DNA from: Bacteroidota bacterium
GTDB taxonomy: Bacteria > Bacteroidota > Bacteroidia > 2-12-FULL-35-15
DNA length: 64,000 nucleotides
Assembly: GCA_025963775.1 (NCBI GenBank)
Contig: JAOQAD010000016.1
Span: forward strand, 1,741-65,740
Direction of reading: 5' to 3'
The position numbers and the translations under genes are program-made. Below are positions 1 to 10,400 of this stretch, one piece after another; the stretch's first letter is position 1; every line of letters starts with the position of its first letter. The notes below the pieces were generated by a model. It had not been told where the DNA came from. It searched no databases and saw nothing but the letters and a program-made list of their open reading frames with translations.

Positions 1-141
1 CGCATCGAAAAAGATGAGCTTACAGGAGATATTTCCCTGATCATCATCGACTTTGCAGATGAAGGCTCCGACCTTGAAACATCCAAGCGCTTATGGGACA
101 GCCAGGTGAACAAGCTGCTGCACGTGATCGGCTCGTATTAA
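1..141 (+). CDS. 3' end of an unidentified gene (partial at window edge)
   Basis: Frame 1 is open from base 1 and ends ...KLLHVIGSY then TAA at 139-141. Too short to assign a family. Confidence 0.35.
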   Translation, partial: RIEKDELTGDISLIIIDFADEGSDLETSKRLWDSQVNKLLHVIGSY

Positions 142-166
142 TAATTATCCAGCCATTCCTTTATCT

Positions 167-838
167 TTGCAGCATAAACCTGTTGATGTGAGAACCGTTT
201 TTAGGAACAATTCACCCTTCCTTATTCCCTATGCCTTATTTCTGCTTGCCGGGGCTGTGCTGATCATTGCCAACACCAAGGCGGAAACGCATCTCGAATT
301 CAACCGCTTCCACAATCATTTCTTCGATGTATTCTTTCAATACCTTACGTATTTTGGTGATGGTTATATTGCAACGCTTACCGTTGTGGTGCTGCTTACC
401 GTGAAATTCAGGTATGCGCTCATCACAGGACTTGCCAGTATTGTTTCTGCATTGATCACGCAAATACTTAAGCATACCATTTTTTCGGATGTGCTGAGGC
501 CTGCAAAATTTTTCGAAGGGCTGCACGACCTGTACCTTGTGCCCAATGTGGAAAATAATTTATACAATAGCTTTCCCTCCGGGCACAGCACCTGCGCCTT
601 TGCACTTTATTTTTCCATTGCCCTCATCGTGGAAAATAAGGCTGCGAAATTCTTTTGCATTCTCTTTGCCCTTTCCATAGGCTATTCAAGGATCTACCTT
701 TCTCAGCATTTCTTTGAGGATGTGTATGCGGGATCGCTGATCGGTGTCGTAACCACCATGATCGTTTACCTGCTGCTCAGGAACAGCAAAGCTCCCTGGA
801 TGGGCCGCTCGCTTAGGATCCTCAAAAGGACGGTATAA
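167..838 (+). CDS. PAP2-family phosphatase (membrane)
   Basis: PAP2 motifs KHTIFSDVLRP, FPSGHS and SRIYLSQHFFED, with multiple hydrophobic helices. Start uncertain: TTG167 lies inside a TATCTTTG box (162-169), and GTG188 is an alternative. Confidence 0.8.
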   Translation: MQHKPVDVRTVFRNNSPFLIPYALFLLAGAVLIIANTKAETHLEFNRFHNHFFDVFFQYLTYFGDGYIATLTVVVLLTVKFRYALITGLASIVSALITQILKHTIFSDVLRPAKFFEGLHDLYLVPNVENNLYNSFPSGHSTCAFALYFSIALIVENKAAKFFCILFALSIGYSRIYLSQHFFEDVYAGSLIGVVTTMIVYLLLRNSKAPWMGRSLRILKRTV

Positions 839-905
839 TACAGCACGATATTTGCCTTGCTGCAGCCCCTGTTTTTCTTATACTTATTGTTATCTTTGCT
901 AAGCT

Positions 906-2348
906 ATGAAAACCCTGCACAAGTTTATACTGAAGTCCTATGTGGGCCCCTTCGTAATGACGTTTTTCATTGCCATGTTCGTGTTTTTCATGATGTTCAT
1001 TTTTAAGTACATCGATGATTTTGTAGGCAAGGGATTGGGAGCAGGCGTTTTATCAGAGCTCTTCTTTTATTTCTCGCTCACCACCATTCCTATGGCTTTG
1101 CCGCTGGCCATCCTGCTTTCATCGCTCATGACCTTCGGGAACATGGGCGAGCATTTTGAGCTGTCAGCATTAAAAAGTTCCGGGCTCTCGCTGCAGCGGA
1201 TCATGCTTCCGCTCATCGTCATGGTGTTTTTACTGTCTGCTTCCGCCTTCTATTTTTCAAACAACATCCTTCCGTACACCAACCTGAAAGCAGGATCACT
1301 GTTGTACGATGTCCGCGAATCCAAGCCGGCATTGCTGTTCAAGGATGGCGTCTTCAATAACAGCATCGATGGCTTCAGTATCCGTGTGGGAAAGAAGGAT
1401 GAAGATGGCAGGACCCTTCATAACGTGATGATCTACGACCACCGTGCCATGCAGGGCAATAACATCGTGCTCTCGGCGCAAACCGGCAAGATGGAGGAAA
1501 CCTCGGACAAGAATTATCTTGTGCTTACGCTCAGCGATGGCGTAAGCTACAAGGAGATGGCAGACAATGAGAAAGATGCAAGGACCCATCCGCTGATCCG
1601 CGATAAGTTTGAAGAGCGCGTGATCCGTTTCGACCTTTCCGAGTTCAAAATGAGCCGCACCAACGAAGACCTTTTCAAGAACAATTACCAGATGCTCAAT
1701 CTTACACAGCTGCAGACGACCGTGGATTCACTCAGCAATAAGATCGATAAAAGGAAGAATGATTTCGGGAAGCAGCTCAAGAAAAGCTATTACATGCGTT
1801 CTGCATCCTATATTGATAATCCCGATCCGGATGTAAGCGATGCAGAGAACGGGAAGTATTTTAATGCCTATTCAAAAGAGGAAAAGCTGAACATCATAGA
1901 AACTGCGAGTAATATTGCGCGCAGCGCAAAAGCTTATTCCGAATCGGTTTCCAACGATTATTACGCAGATTATTATTCGCTTCTCAAGTACGACATCGAA
2001 TGGCACCGCAAGTTCACCCTCTCCATTGCATGCCTGGTGCTGTTTTTTATCGGTGCGCCGCTTGGTGCGATCATCCGCAAAGGCGGGCTGGGAATGCCCG
2101 TGGTGATCTCGGTGCTGTTCTTCATCACCTTTCACATCTTATCGATCACCGGCGAAAAGCTGGCAAAAGAAGGCAGTATGCCAACCTGGGAAGGTATGTG
2201 GATGGCTACACTCGTACTGTTGCCGATCGGGATTTTCCTCACATATAAAGCAACTGCCGACAGCAATTTGTTTGATGCCACTTCGTACCTCGATTGGTTC
2301 AAAAAAATGATCCTGCACAGCAAAAAGAAAGCACAACGAGGTCAATGA
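906..2348 (+). CDS. LptF/LptG (YjgP/YjgQ) family permease
   Basis: N-terminus FILKSYVGPFVMTFFIAMFVFFMMF is typical of the family. TM clusters at both ends flank a large central soluble domain. The stop overlaps the next ATG (ATGA at 2345-2348). Confidence 0.8.
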   Translation: MKTLHKFILKSYVGPFVMTFFIAMFVFFMMFIFKYIDDFVGKGLGAGVLSELFFYFSLTTIPMALPLAILLSSLMTFGNMGEHFELSALKSSGLSLQRIMLPLIVMVFLLSASAFYFSNNILPYTNLKAGSLLYDVRESKPALLFKDGVFNNSIDGFSIRVGKKDEDGRTLHNVMIYDHRAMQGNNIVLSAQTGKMEETSDKNYLVLTLSDGVSYKEMADNEKDARTHPLIRDKFEERVIRFDLSEFKMSRTNEDLFKNNYQMLNLTQLQTTVDSLSNKIDKRKNDFGKQLKKSYYMRSASYIDNPDPDVSDAENGKYFNAYSKEEKLNIIETASNIARSAKAYSESVSNDYYADYYSLLKYDIEWHRKFTLSIACLVLFFIGAPLGAIIRKGGLGMPVVISVLFFITFHILSITGEKLAKEGSMPTWEGMWMATLVLLPIGIFLTYKATADSNLFDATSYLDWFKKMILHSKKKAQRGQ

Positions 2349-3550
2349 GAATCCTGCAGCTTTGTAACAAAGTACCTTATCCTCCGAAAGATGGCGGCTG
2401 CATTGCAATGAACAACCTCACGCAGGGCCTTTTAAAAGATGGCCATACTGTGAAAGTGCTTGCCATCAATACTCCGAAACATTATACCAATACAGAAGAG
2501 CTCCCTGCCGGATACCGTTACCAGACAGGCATTGAGGCTGTGTTCATCGATACTACAGTAAAAGTATTACCTTCCATAAAGAATTTATTTAAAAACGATT
2601 CGTACAACATCAGCAGGTTTTATTCTCCTGCATTTGAAGCTAAATTAATTGAGATCCTGCAGAAAGATGCTTACGATATAGTACAGCTCGAAAGCCTGTT
2701 TGTAAGCATGTACATTCCGGCCATTCGCAAACATTCAAAAGCAAAGATTGTTCTGCGTGCTCACAACATCGAGCATAAGGTGTGGGAACGTAATGCAGCA
2801 GCTACGGAAAAATTCCTGAAAAAAAAATATTTTTCTTTTCTTGCAAAGAGGCTGAAGCTATATGAGCTCGGAGCATTGAACAATTATGACGGCGTAGCTG
2901 CCATCACTCCTGTAGATGCCCGCTGGTTCAGTGAAAGCGGGTTCAGCAAATTATTGAGCGTGATCCCCTTCGGGATGGATCTTAATTCCATTCAGCATAA
3001 GAATAGTATCGAAGAAGATAAAGCCTCTGTATTTCACATAGGTGCAATGGACTGGAAACCCAATATTGAAGGGATCAATTGGTTCCTCGAAAAGGTGTGG
3101 GACAAAGTGCAGCAGGAACACCCGGATGTGAAATTATACCTTGCCGGAAGGAAAATGAATGATCAGCTGAAAAATCTGAAACGCAAAAATGTAGAGATCA
3201 TTGGGGAAGTGGCGGATGCACATGAGTTCATCCTTTCAAAGGGATTGATGATCGTGCCGTTATTGTCGGGAGGGGGAATGCGCGTAAAGCTGATAGAAGG
3301 CATGGCATTGGGAAAAGTGGTGTTGTCAACATCCATCGGTGCAGAAGGCGTGGAGTGCGAGGATGGAATGAATATTCTCATCGCGGATGATCCCGAAGCA
3401 TTTGCCTCGGTGATCGGGAAATATCTTTCTGATAAAAGCCATTTGGCGCAGATCGGTGCAAGGGCAAAGCAATTCGCAGCGGAATATTATAATAATGATG
3501 ATATTAGCAGAAAATTAATTGAATTTTATAGGTCGATCCTGCAGAAATGA
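2345..3550 (+). CDS. Glycosyltransferase family 4 (GT-B)
   Basis: Start moved to ATG2345 (MRILQLCNKVPYPPKDGG...). C-terminal GGGMRVKLIEGMALGKVVLST donor-binding region is typical of GT4. ATGA coupling on both sides. Confidence 0.85.
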   Translation: MRILQLCNKVPYPPKDGGCIAMNNLTQGLLKDGHTVKVLAINTPKHYTNTEELPAGYRYQTGIEAVFIDTTVKVLPSIKNLFKNDSYNISRFYSPAFEAKLIEILQKDAYDIVQLESLFVSMYIPAIRKHSKAKIVLRAHNIEHKVWERNAAATEKFLKKKYFSFLAKRLKLYELGALNNYDGVAAITPVDARWFSESGFSKLLSVIPFGMDLNSIQHKNSIEEDKASVFHIGAMDWKPNIEGINWFLEKVWDKVQQEHPDVKLYLAGRKMNDQLKNLKRKNVEIIGEVADAHEFILSKGLMIVPLLSGGGMRVKLIEGMALGKVVLSTSIGAEGVECEDGMNILIADDPEAFASVIGKYLSDKSHLAQIGARAKQFAAEYYNNDDISRKLIEFYRSILQK

Positions 3551-4713
3551 AGATCCTGGTCATTTTATCACGGGTGCCATATCCCCTCGAAAAAGGGGAT
3601 AAGCTGCGTGCATTCAACCAGGTGAAGGAATTATCAAAGAAGCACCAGGTCATTCTTTTTGCGCTGAACGATACGAAGCTGGATGAGCAGGCAAAGGAAG
3701 AGCTGAAGAAATACTGCGTTGCTTATTCCATCATGCCGCTTTCCAAACCAACCGTTCTTAAAAATCTGGTGCGCTCTTTCTTTAGTGGGATGCCCATGCA
3801 GGTAGGCTATTTTTATTTTAAGAAAGCACAGCGGAAGATCGATGAGCTCATTAAAAAGCATCAGCCCGATCATATCTACTGCCAGCTGATCCGTACCGCA
3901 GAATATGCGAAGCCATATCCGGACATCCCGAAAACGCTGGATTACATGGATGTTTTTTCCAAAGGCATTGAGCGCAGGCTGAAAACGGATCCATTCTATA
4001 TGAAGCCGGTGCTTTCGATGGAGTACAGGCGCCTGCTGAAATACGAGCGCAAGGTGTTTTCACTTTTCAATAACAAAACCATTATCTCCGCGCAGGACCG
4101 CGACCTGATCCCGCATCCCGACAGGCAGCAAATAAAGGTGATCCCGAACGGCGTGGATACCGGTTTCTTTAAGCCACTTGTGCGTAAAAAAGAATTCGAA
4201 TTGCTGTTCAACGGGAATATGAATTATCCTCCGAACGTGGAAAGCGCTGAATACCTCGTGGAAAAAGTGATGCCCTATGTATGGAGTAAAATGCCGGCAA
4301 CACGGTTACTGATCTCCGGAGCGTCGCCCAATGCAAGAGTGATGGAGCTGGGGTCCGATAAAGTGGTGATCAGCGGCTGGGTGGACGATGTGCGTGAAAA
4401 TTATTCCAAATCAAAGATCCTTGTGGCGCCCATGCAGATCAGCATCGGGCTGCAGAATAAACTGCTGGAAGCAATGGCTATGCAGCTGCCCTGCGTTACA
4501 TCATCGCTTGCAAACAATGCCCTTGGCGCAAAGCACAATGAGCAGATCATGGTTGCCGACCAGCCGGAGCAATATGCGAGGCACATCATCGAGCTGCTCC
4601 AGAACGAGGCAAAGGCAAAACAAATTGCCATGAATGGCTACCGTTTTGCAGTGGACAACTTCAACTGGAAAAGCACGGTTGCCGCACTTGAGCAGCTGAT
4701 GCAAAAAAAATAA
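3547..4713 (+). CDS. Glycosyltransferase family 4 (GT-B)
   Basis: MKILVILSRVPYPLEKGDKLR N-terminus and C-terminal GLQNKLLEAMAMQLPCVTS motif. Translationally coupled to the preceding GT. Confidence 0.85.
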   Translation: MKILVILSRVPYPLEKGDKLRAFNQVKELSKKHQVILFALNDTKLDEQAKEELKKYCVAYSIMPLSKPTVLKNLVRSFFSGMPMQVGYFYFKKAQRKIDELIKKHQPDHIYCQLIRTAEYAKPYPDIPKTLDYMDVFSKGIERRLKTDPFYMKPVLSMEYRRLLKYERKVFSLFNNKTIISAQDRDLIPHPDRQQIKVIPNGVDTGFFKPLVRKKEFELLFNGNMNYPPNVESAEYLVEKVMPYVWSKMPATRLLISGASPNARVMELGSDKVVISGWVDDVRENYSKSKILVAPMQISIGLQNKLLEAMAMQLPCVTSSLANNALGAKHNEQIMVADQPEQYARHIIELLQNEAKAKQIAMNGYRFAVDNFNWKSTVAALEQLMQKK

Positions 4714-4740
4714 GGCCCCGCAGCGCAGGACCTTATTCTT
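4711..4740. terminator. Imperfect hairpin between convergent genes
   Basis: TAAGGCCCCGC-AGC-GCAGGACCTTA (9 of 11 positions pair) followed by TTCTT. It lies between the GT stop (4713) and the stop of the minus-strand gene (4757). Confidence 0.4.
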
Positions 4741-4756
4741 AAAACCAATCAATCAA

Positions 4757-5173
4757 TTACATTTTACCTGCCATTGACCACAGGCTCCAGTCTTTATCGA
4801 ATTTGTACCATGTTCCGCTCGGTGCTTCCCATTTCCACTCCGGCACATCCGACCATGTTTTTCCACCGTCAGCCGACCATTTCAGCATTTTTCCATCAAC
4901 GATCTTCAGCCATTTTCCGTCCTTGTCCTGCCACATTCCATCCTTCACGGCATCCCATTTTTTTCCGTCCATCGACCACCAAAGGCTGGCATCTTTCATG
5001 TTCAGCTTGTACCATACTTTTTTTCCATCGTGCATGCCATCCCATGTGCCTTCTTTTGATTTTTCCCATTCGCTTGTAACGGTAACAGAAGTGGAAACTT
5101 TAACTTTAGTCGCTGCATTTGTTGTTGTGAATGCAAAGCAGGCAATGCCCGCAAGTAAGATTAGCTTTTTCAT
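4757..5173 (-). CDS. Small secreted Trp-rich repeat protein (unknown function)
   Basis: Start trimmed to ATG5173 (MKKLILLAGIACFAFTTTNA signal peptide). The mature ~117 aa contain about 15 Trp in DGK(K)W-type repeats and one Asp-box-like SADGGKTW. Confidence 0.6.
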   Translation of the reverse strand: MKKLILLAGIACFAFTTTNAATKVKVSTSVTVTSEWEKSKEGTWDGMHDGKKVWYKLNMKDASLWWSMDGKKWDAVKDGMWQDKDGKWLKIVDGKMLKWSADGGKTWSDVPEWKWEAPSGTWYKFDKDWSLWSMAGKM

Positions 5174-5296
5174 TTGTGTATGTTTTTGGTTAATACAGGA
5201 TGATTTACGAGGCGGATGTGAGTATGGATTTATCAATTTAATTTTTTTAACTTTCGGGGCTTGAAGAGAAGCTGATGAAACGTTCCTGTAAGATTT

Positions 5297-5400
5297 GTCA
5301 TGCCGTGCTCCGACACGGCATCTCTCTCCTATCATAATGGTGAGAGAATTCTGCAAGAATGAACATTGCGGAGAGATCCCGTGTCGTGGCACGGGATGAC
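5297..5400. repeat. REP/MITE-like palindromic element, family A (CCGTG hairpin arms)
   Basis: Left arm GTCATGCCGTGCTCCGACACGGCATCTCTC and right arm GAGAGATCCCGTGTCGTGGCACGGGATGAC are inverted copies. Each arm is itself a CCGTG/CACGG hairpin. Confidence 0.8.
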
Positions 5401-5588
5401 AGTAACTCTTGTAAATTAGACATAAAAAAAATCTCATCGGGTTTACAACAAATCAGCGGATTTATGAAGTACCTTAGACAATTCGAAAAAGATAAGCTAA
5501 GTGCCACAAAAAATTAGCGCAGTTAATTTCTCGGTTTTTTCAATCCTGTAATTTTTCAATTTTCAATTTTTTTCAATTTTCAATTTTA

Positions 5589-6158
5589 ATGAGCATCCTC
5601 GTCCTTGATAATTACGATAGCTTCACATACAACCTTGTGCATTACCTTGAAAAGGTGAGCGATGCGGAGATAGAAGTGCACCGCAACGATAAGATCGGCC
5701 TGGAGGAGATCGAACGCTTTGATAAGATCCTGCTTTCGCCCGGCCCGGGAATTCCTTCGGAAGCGGGTATTCTGCCGGATGTGATCCGTGTGTATGCTTC
5801 TTCAAAAAGTATCCTTGGCGTTTGCCTCGGGCAGCAGGCCATCGCAGAGGCATTCGGGGGAAGCCTGGGTAACCTCGACACCGTTTTTCATGGTGTGGCA
5901 AGCCCGGTGAAGGTCATTAAGGAAGACCTGCTTTTCAGGGGAATTCCTGCTGAGTTTAAAGCCGGCAGGTATCATTCCTGGGTTGTAAATACCAGTGATT
6001 TCCCGGATGTCCTGGAGATCACTGCTGTGGACAGCTCCGGGCAGATAATGGCATTACGGCACAAAACACTGGATGTCCGCGCTGTGCAGTTTCACCCGGA
6101 AAGCATTTTAACAGAATACGGATCAGAGCTGATCGGCAACTGGGCCAACGCAAAATAA
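5589..6158 (+). CDS. trpG: Glutamine amidotransferase of anthranilate/aminodeoxychorismate synthase (TrpG/PabA)
   Basis: MSILVLDNYDSFTYNLVHYL N-terminus, catalytic GVCLGQQAI, and C-terminal VQFHPESILTEYG. Confidence 0.9.
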   Translation: MSILVLDNYDSFTYNLVHYLEKVSDAEIEVHRNDKIGLEEIERFDKILLSPGPGIPSEAGILPDVIRVYASSKSILGVCLGQQAIAEAFGGSLGNLDTVFHGVASPVKVIKEDLLFRGIPAEFKAGRYHSWVVNTSDFPDVLEITAVDSSGQIMALRHKTLDVRAVQFHPESILTEYGSELIGNWANAK

Positions 6159-6182
6159 ACGGATACAAATAAACGCAAATCA

Positions 6183-6683
6183 ATGCATGCTATGAAGCTG
6201 AGCTATAAAAAAGCGGGGAAGGAGGAAGCAGCACTTATTGCTGCCCTTGCCGAAAGGATCTGGAAAAAACATTACAGCACGATCATCACCAGGGCGCAGA
6301 TCGAATATATGTTTGAAAAGATGTATTCCGCAGGAAGCCTCATCCGGCAAATGAATGAAGGACATGAATTCACGCTGGTGTATCTTGATGAACGTCCTGT
6401 CGGTTATATCTCTTTAAGCACAAAAGACCATAAGAATTATTTCCTTCACAAATTTTATGTGGAAGCGGATGAACAGGCCAAAGGAATCGGTACGCAATTA
6501 TTAGGTTATATTATCGCATCGCTGAAGAATCCCCAAAGCATTGAGCTGACCGTTAACCGGCAAAATTACAAAGCCGTTAATTTTTATTTTAAGAATGGAT
6601 TTGTGATCAAAGAAGTTGCTGATTTCGATATCGGCAATGGATACTTTATGAATGATTTCGTTATGGCTAAAAAAATCAACTGA
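6183..6683 (+). CDS. GNAT family N-acetyltransferase
   Basis: Acetyl-CoA binding segment QAKGIGTQLLGYIIASLK and ...AVNFYFKNGFVI, typical of GNAT motifs A and B. Confidence 0.85.
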   Translation: MHAMKLSYKKAGKEEAALIAALAERIWKKHYSTIITRAQIEYMFEKMYSAGSLIRQMNEGHEFTLVYLDERPVGYISLSTKDHKNYFLHKFYVEADEQAKGIGTQLLGYIIASLKNPQSIELTVNRQNYKAVNFYFKNGFVIKEVADFDIGNGYFMNDFVMAKKIN

Positions 6684-6684
6684 C

Positions 6685-7290
6685 ATGAAACTGAAAGTAT
6701 GCGGATTAAAATATACGGATAACATCCGGCAGGTGGCCGAGCTGAACCCCGATTACATGGGCTTTATCTTCTACGAAGGCTCAAAGCGCTTTGTCGGTGA
6801 AGACTTTGTGATGCCGGTGATCTCAGAAAATATCAATAAATCCGGTGTTTTCGTGAATGCTACCGAAGAATATATTCTTGGAAAGATCAAAAAATACAGG
6901 TTGAATGTTGTGCAGCTGCACGGTGATGAATCGCCGGAGTTCTGTGAAAGGCTGTCGAAGCACGCTTCTGTGATCAAAGCCTTTGGAGTGGATGAACATT
7001 TCAACCTTGAAGTGCTTGAGCCGTATTCAACGCACTGCAGCTTTTTCCTGTTCGATAACAAAGCCGAAAGCTTTGGCGGCCTTGCAAAACCATTTAACTG
7101 GGAGGTGCTGAGGAAGTACAATAATTCAACGCCTTATTTCATTGCAGGCGGAATGGACCTCGAGCGCTTCAGGAAAGTGGAGGCGCTGAAGCTGAATGTG
7201 TATGGCATCGATGTGAACAGCAGGATCGAAATAAAACCCGGCTATAAGGATATCATCAAAGTGATCCAGATCAAAAACAACATCCGCTGA
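6685..7290 (+). CDS. trpF: Phosphoribosylanthranilate isomerase
   Basis: Start moved to ATG6685 (MKLKVCGLKYTDNIRQVAEL...DYMGFIFYEGSKRFV...VQLHGDE...FIAGGM), a TrpF-like TIM barrel. Confidence 0.85.
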   Translation: MKLKVCGLKYTDNIRQVAELNPDYMGFIFYEGSKRFVGEDFVMPVISENINKSGVFVNATEEYILGKIKKYRLNVVQLHGDESPEFCERLSKHASVIKAFGVDEHFNLEVLEPYSTHCSFFLFDNKAESFGGLAKPFNWEVLRKYNNSTPYFIAGGMDLERFRKVEALKLNVYGIDVNSRIEIKPGYKDIIKVIQIKNNIR

Positions 7291-7318
7291 GTGTGTGCAG
7301 GCCGACGCAGATGCTTCG

Positions 7319-7350
7319 AAAGTCAGTTCGAGCGGAGTCGAGAACGTGCG
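7319..7350. repeat. REP-like half element, family B
   Basis: AAGTCAGTTCGAGCGGAGTCGAGAACGTGCG resembles the GCGTCAGTTCGAG...CGAGAAC arm found at 23044, 28283, 33251, 33396 and 59498. Confidence 0.6.
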
Positions 7351-7489
7351 TTGCGGGCGCAAGAGTTTACGCGGAGAGTGAGATTCCCCGGGAAGGCTTT
7401 TAATGATAAGCCGTTCTGTGAAAAATACCCGGATCAGCCGTTTGCATGCTGATTTATATTTCTTATCTTGTGTTCAAATTCCCCCTTTA

Positions 7490-10400
7490 ATGCTACGTAA
7501 ATTGTCTTTTTTATTGGCTTGCCTGTTTATTTTTCAGCTTGCCCCTGCCCAGGATTGGATCAGGAAAATGAATGATCCTTCCGTTAATTTTTACGACGTA
7601 CAATCTTCATTCAACAGGTACTGGAAGAAAGAAGAGCGCAAAGAAAAGCTCAGGAGCTTTTTCAGTCCGCGCCGCGAAACGGAAGAGGAAAATGAAGGTT
7701 TGATCCTGTACAAGCGCTGGGAGAACTTTGTCGAACCCCGCGTATATCCTTCCGGCGATAGGAGCCTGCTGCTGAACAATGCACTGGAGCTGGAGAAGAT
7801 CATCACCAGCCATTCATACAGGAGCTCTCGCCAGGCAGGCGGGAACTGGCAGCCATTAGGCGCTTTCACAGTACCTGCAAGTGGAGGAGGGGCAGGACGA
7901 CTGAACTGTGTCCGCTTTAACCCGCTTAACCCCACTATCACGTATGCCGGTGCACCTGTCGGCGGACTCTGGGTTAGTAACGGCTCCGGCTGGACAACCA
8001 ATACCGACGGATTGCCTACACTCGGCGTGAACGATATTGCCGTTGATCCGACCGATGCCAGCATCATGTACCTCGCTACCGGCGATATGGACGCAAACGA
8101 TTCCTTTGGAGTAGGTGTGCTCAAATCAACGGATGGCGGCATTACCTGGAACATTACCGGCCTTAACACCCTGGTTTCACAGGGAAGATATGTTTCACGT
8201 GTGCTCATCAACCCGAACGACCATAACATGGTCTTTGCAGGCACAAGCCTTGGTTTGTTCAAATCAACAGATGCCGGAATTACCTGGACAAAAACGCTGA
8301 ATTCAAACCCGATAAAGGACATGGAGTTCAAGCCCGGCAATCCGAATGTGATCTACGCCGTAGCATCCAAAACATTTTACAGGTCAACAAATACCGGCGA
8401 CAGCTTTTCACCTGTAACCGTGGGCCTTCCTGTAGGAACAAGTGTTAACAGGGCTGCAATTGCCGTAACGGCAGCTGATCCTGATTATGTATACATTGTT
8501 TTTTCCAATGCCATCTCCAATGGCTTTTATGGTTTTTACCGCTCTTCCGACGGAGGCTCCACATTCACTACGCGTGCCACTTCCCCCAACTTATTAGGCT
8601 GGGACCCGAATGGTAGTGACAGCGACGGGCAGGGATGGTACACGCTTTCCATTGCAGCATCCCCGGTAAATAAGGATGAAGTGATGGTAGGCGGTGTGAA
8701 TGTATGGAAAACAGATAATGGCGGTTCCTCCTGGAACATCACCGGGCACTGGTACGGTGCAGGCTCTATACCGTATGTGCATGCCGATATCCATGACCTT
8801 GTTTATCGTCCCGACGGAAGCGCCTGCTACGCGTCCTGCGATGGAGGTATCTTTGAAACGGTTGATGGCGGCGGATCATGGCAGGATAAAAGCGATGGAT
8901 TGCAGATCGGGCAGATGTACCGTTTGGGAGGCGCTGCAACAAACGCCAACCTGGTGATCCAGGGCTGGCAGGATAACGGTACGAACCTCTACAGCTCCGG
9001 GAGCTGGGCACGGACGATCGGTGGCGATGGCTTTGAATGCTTCATCGACTGGAGCAATGATAACAACATGTTTGGTGAGATCTATTACGGCGACATCCAG
9101 CGCTCGACAAACGGCGGACTGAGCTTTAGCGGGATCAAAAATAACATTACGGAAGATGGCGACTGGAACACGCCATGGCAGCAGGATCCGATCGATCCGC
9201 AAACATTGTATGCCGCGTATAAAAATGTATGGAAATCCACCGACCTCGGAAATACCTGGACAGCGATCTCCACTTTCGGAGGCGGCAACCTCAAAGCGAT
9301 GGCCGTTGCGCCTTCCGATCCCAATTACATTTATGTGACCAACGGATCCACGATCACAAAAACAACCGATGGCGGCGCCAACTGGAATACGGTGAGCTAT
9401 CCGCTTGCAGGTGTGGATGCGATCACTTACCTCGCTGTGTCTGCAACAAACCCCAACAAGTTCTGGATCACACGCTCCGGCTATTCTTCCGATAATAAAG
9501 TGTACCGTTCCGATGATGGCGGCGCAACCTGGATCAATCTTTCACTCGGGCTGCCTAATCTCCCGGTGAACTGCGTGGTGAGCCAAACCGGCACCAATGA
9601 TGGTATTTACGTAGGCCTGGATGCAGGAGTGTATTACAGGGACAATGCACAAACCTCCTGGCTGCCTTATTCGAATGGCCTTCCGAACACGGTGATCGAT
9701 GAGCTTGAAATACATTACGGCTCCGGCAAACTGCGTGCAGCCACTTACGGAAGAGGACTATGGGAATCTGCTATTTATGATCCTTCCGCCACAACACCTT
9801 TTGCAAACTTTGTGGCCGATACCACAAGCGGCTGCCCGGGGCTTACCGTGCAGTATACCGACAGCTCTACGAATTCACCGACGGCATGGAGCTGGACATT
9901 TCCCGGCGGAAGCCCTTCGTCGTCTACGCTGCAGAATCCCATTGTAACATACAGCACGCCCGGCTTGTACCATGATGTAAAGCTGGTGGTGACAAATGCT
10001 TCCGGCAGCGATTCCGCCACCAAATACAGCTACATCGCGATCAGCCCGCATATCATTCCAACCATTACACTGAATAACAACGATTCCATCTGCACCGGTA
10101 CAAGCGTGCAGCTGAAAGGCTCTTACGCGCAAACGTACAGTTGGGTGCCGACGGGACAAACCGCTTATCTCATTACCGTGAACACCACCGGAACATACTC
10201 CGTGAATGTGAAAGATGCATTCGGCTGTATGACCAGCTCACTGCCAGTCGATATTTATGTGTTCCCGGCAGTTCCGACTCCAACCATCACCGTGGTTGGC
10301 GATACATTATTCTCCAGCGCGTCCTCCGGCAACCAGTGGTATTACAATGGCTCTGCCATCAGCGGCGCAACATCACCTTCTTATGTGATGACCACAACGG

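Noticed and set aside
2819-2827. A9 homopolymer inside the first glycosyltransferase as a phase-variation switch. Similar A8, A9 or T9 runs occur at 4703-4710, 18136-18144, 29382-29390 and 57151-57159.
   Set aside because: Such runs recur in unrelated genes here and encode Lys-Lys-Lys or Phe-Phe-Phe in an AT-leaning genome. Nothing singles out the glycosyltransferase tract. Only population-level length heterogeneity would support phase variation.
4757-5437. Long N-terminal extensions given by the ORF track. Examples are 4757-5437, 7403, 23697, 30766, 33218, 39099, 40930, 42581, 50024 and 56084.
   Set aside because: In each case an internal ATG begins a canonical signal peptide or the conserved family N-terminus. 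The extension runs across repeats or promoter-like boxes, so the shorter starts were used.
5403-5588. Trp-codon leader peptide or attenuator upstream of trpG.
   Set aside because: The small ORFs in the leader (for example MTVTLVN and MKYLRQFEKDKLSATKN) contain no Trp codons. No terminator/antiterminator pair is evident.
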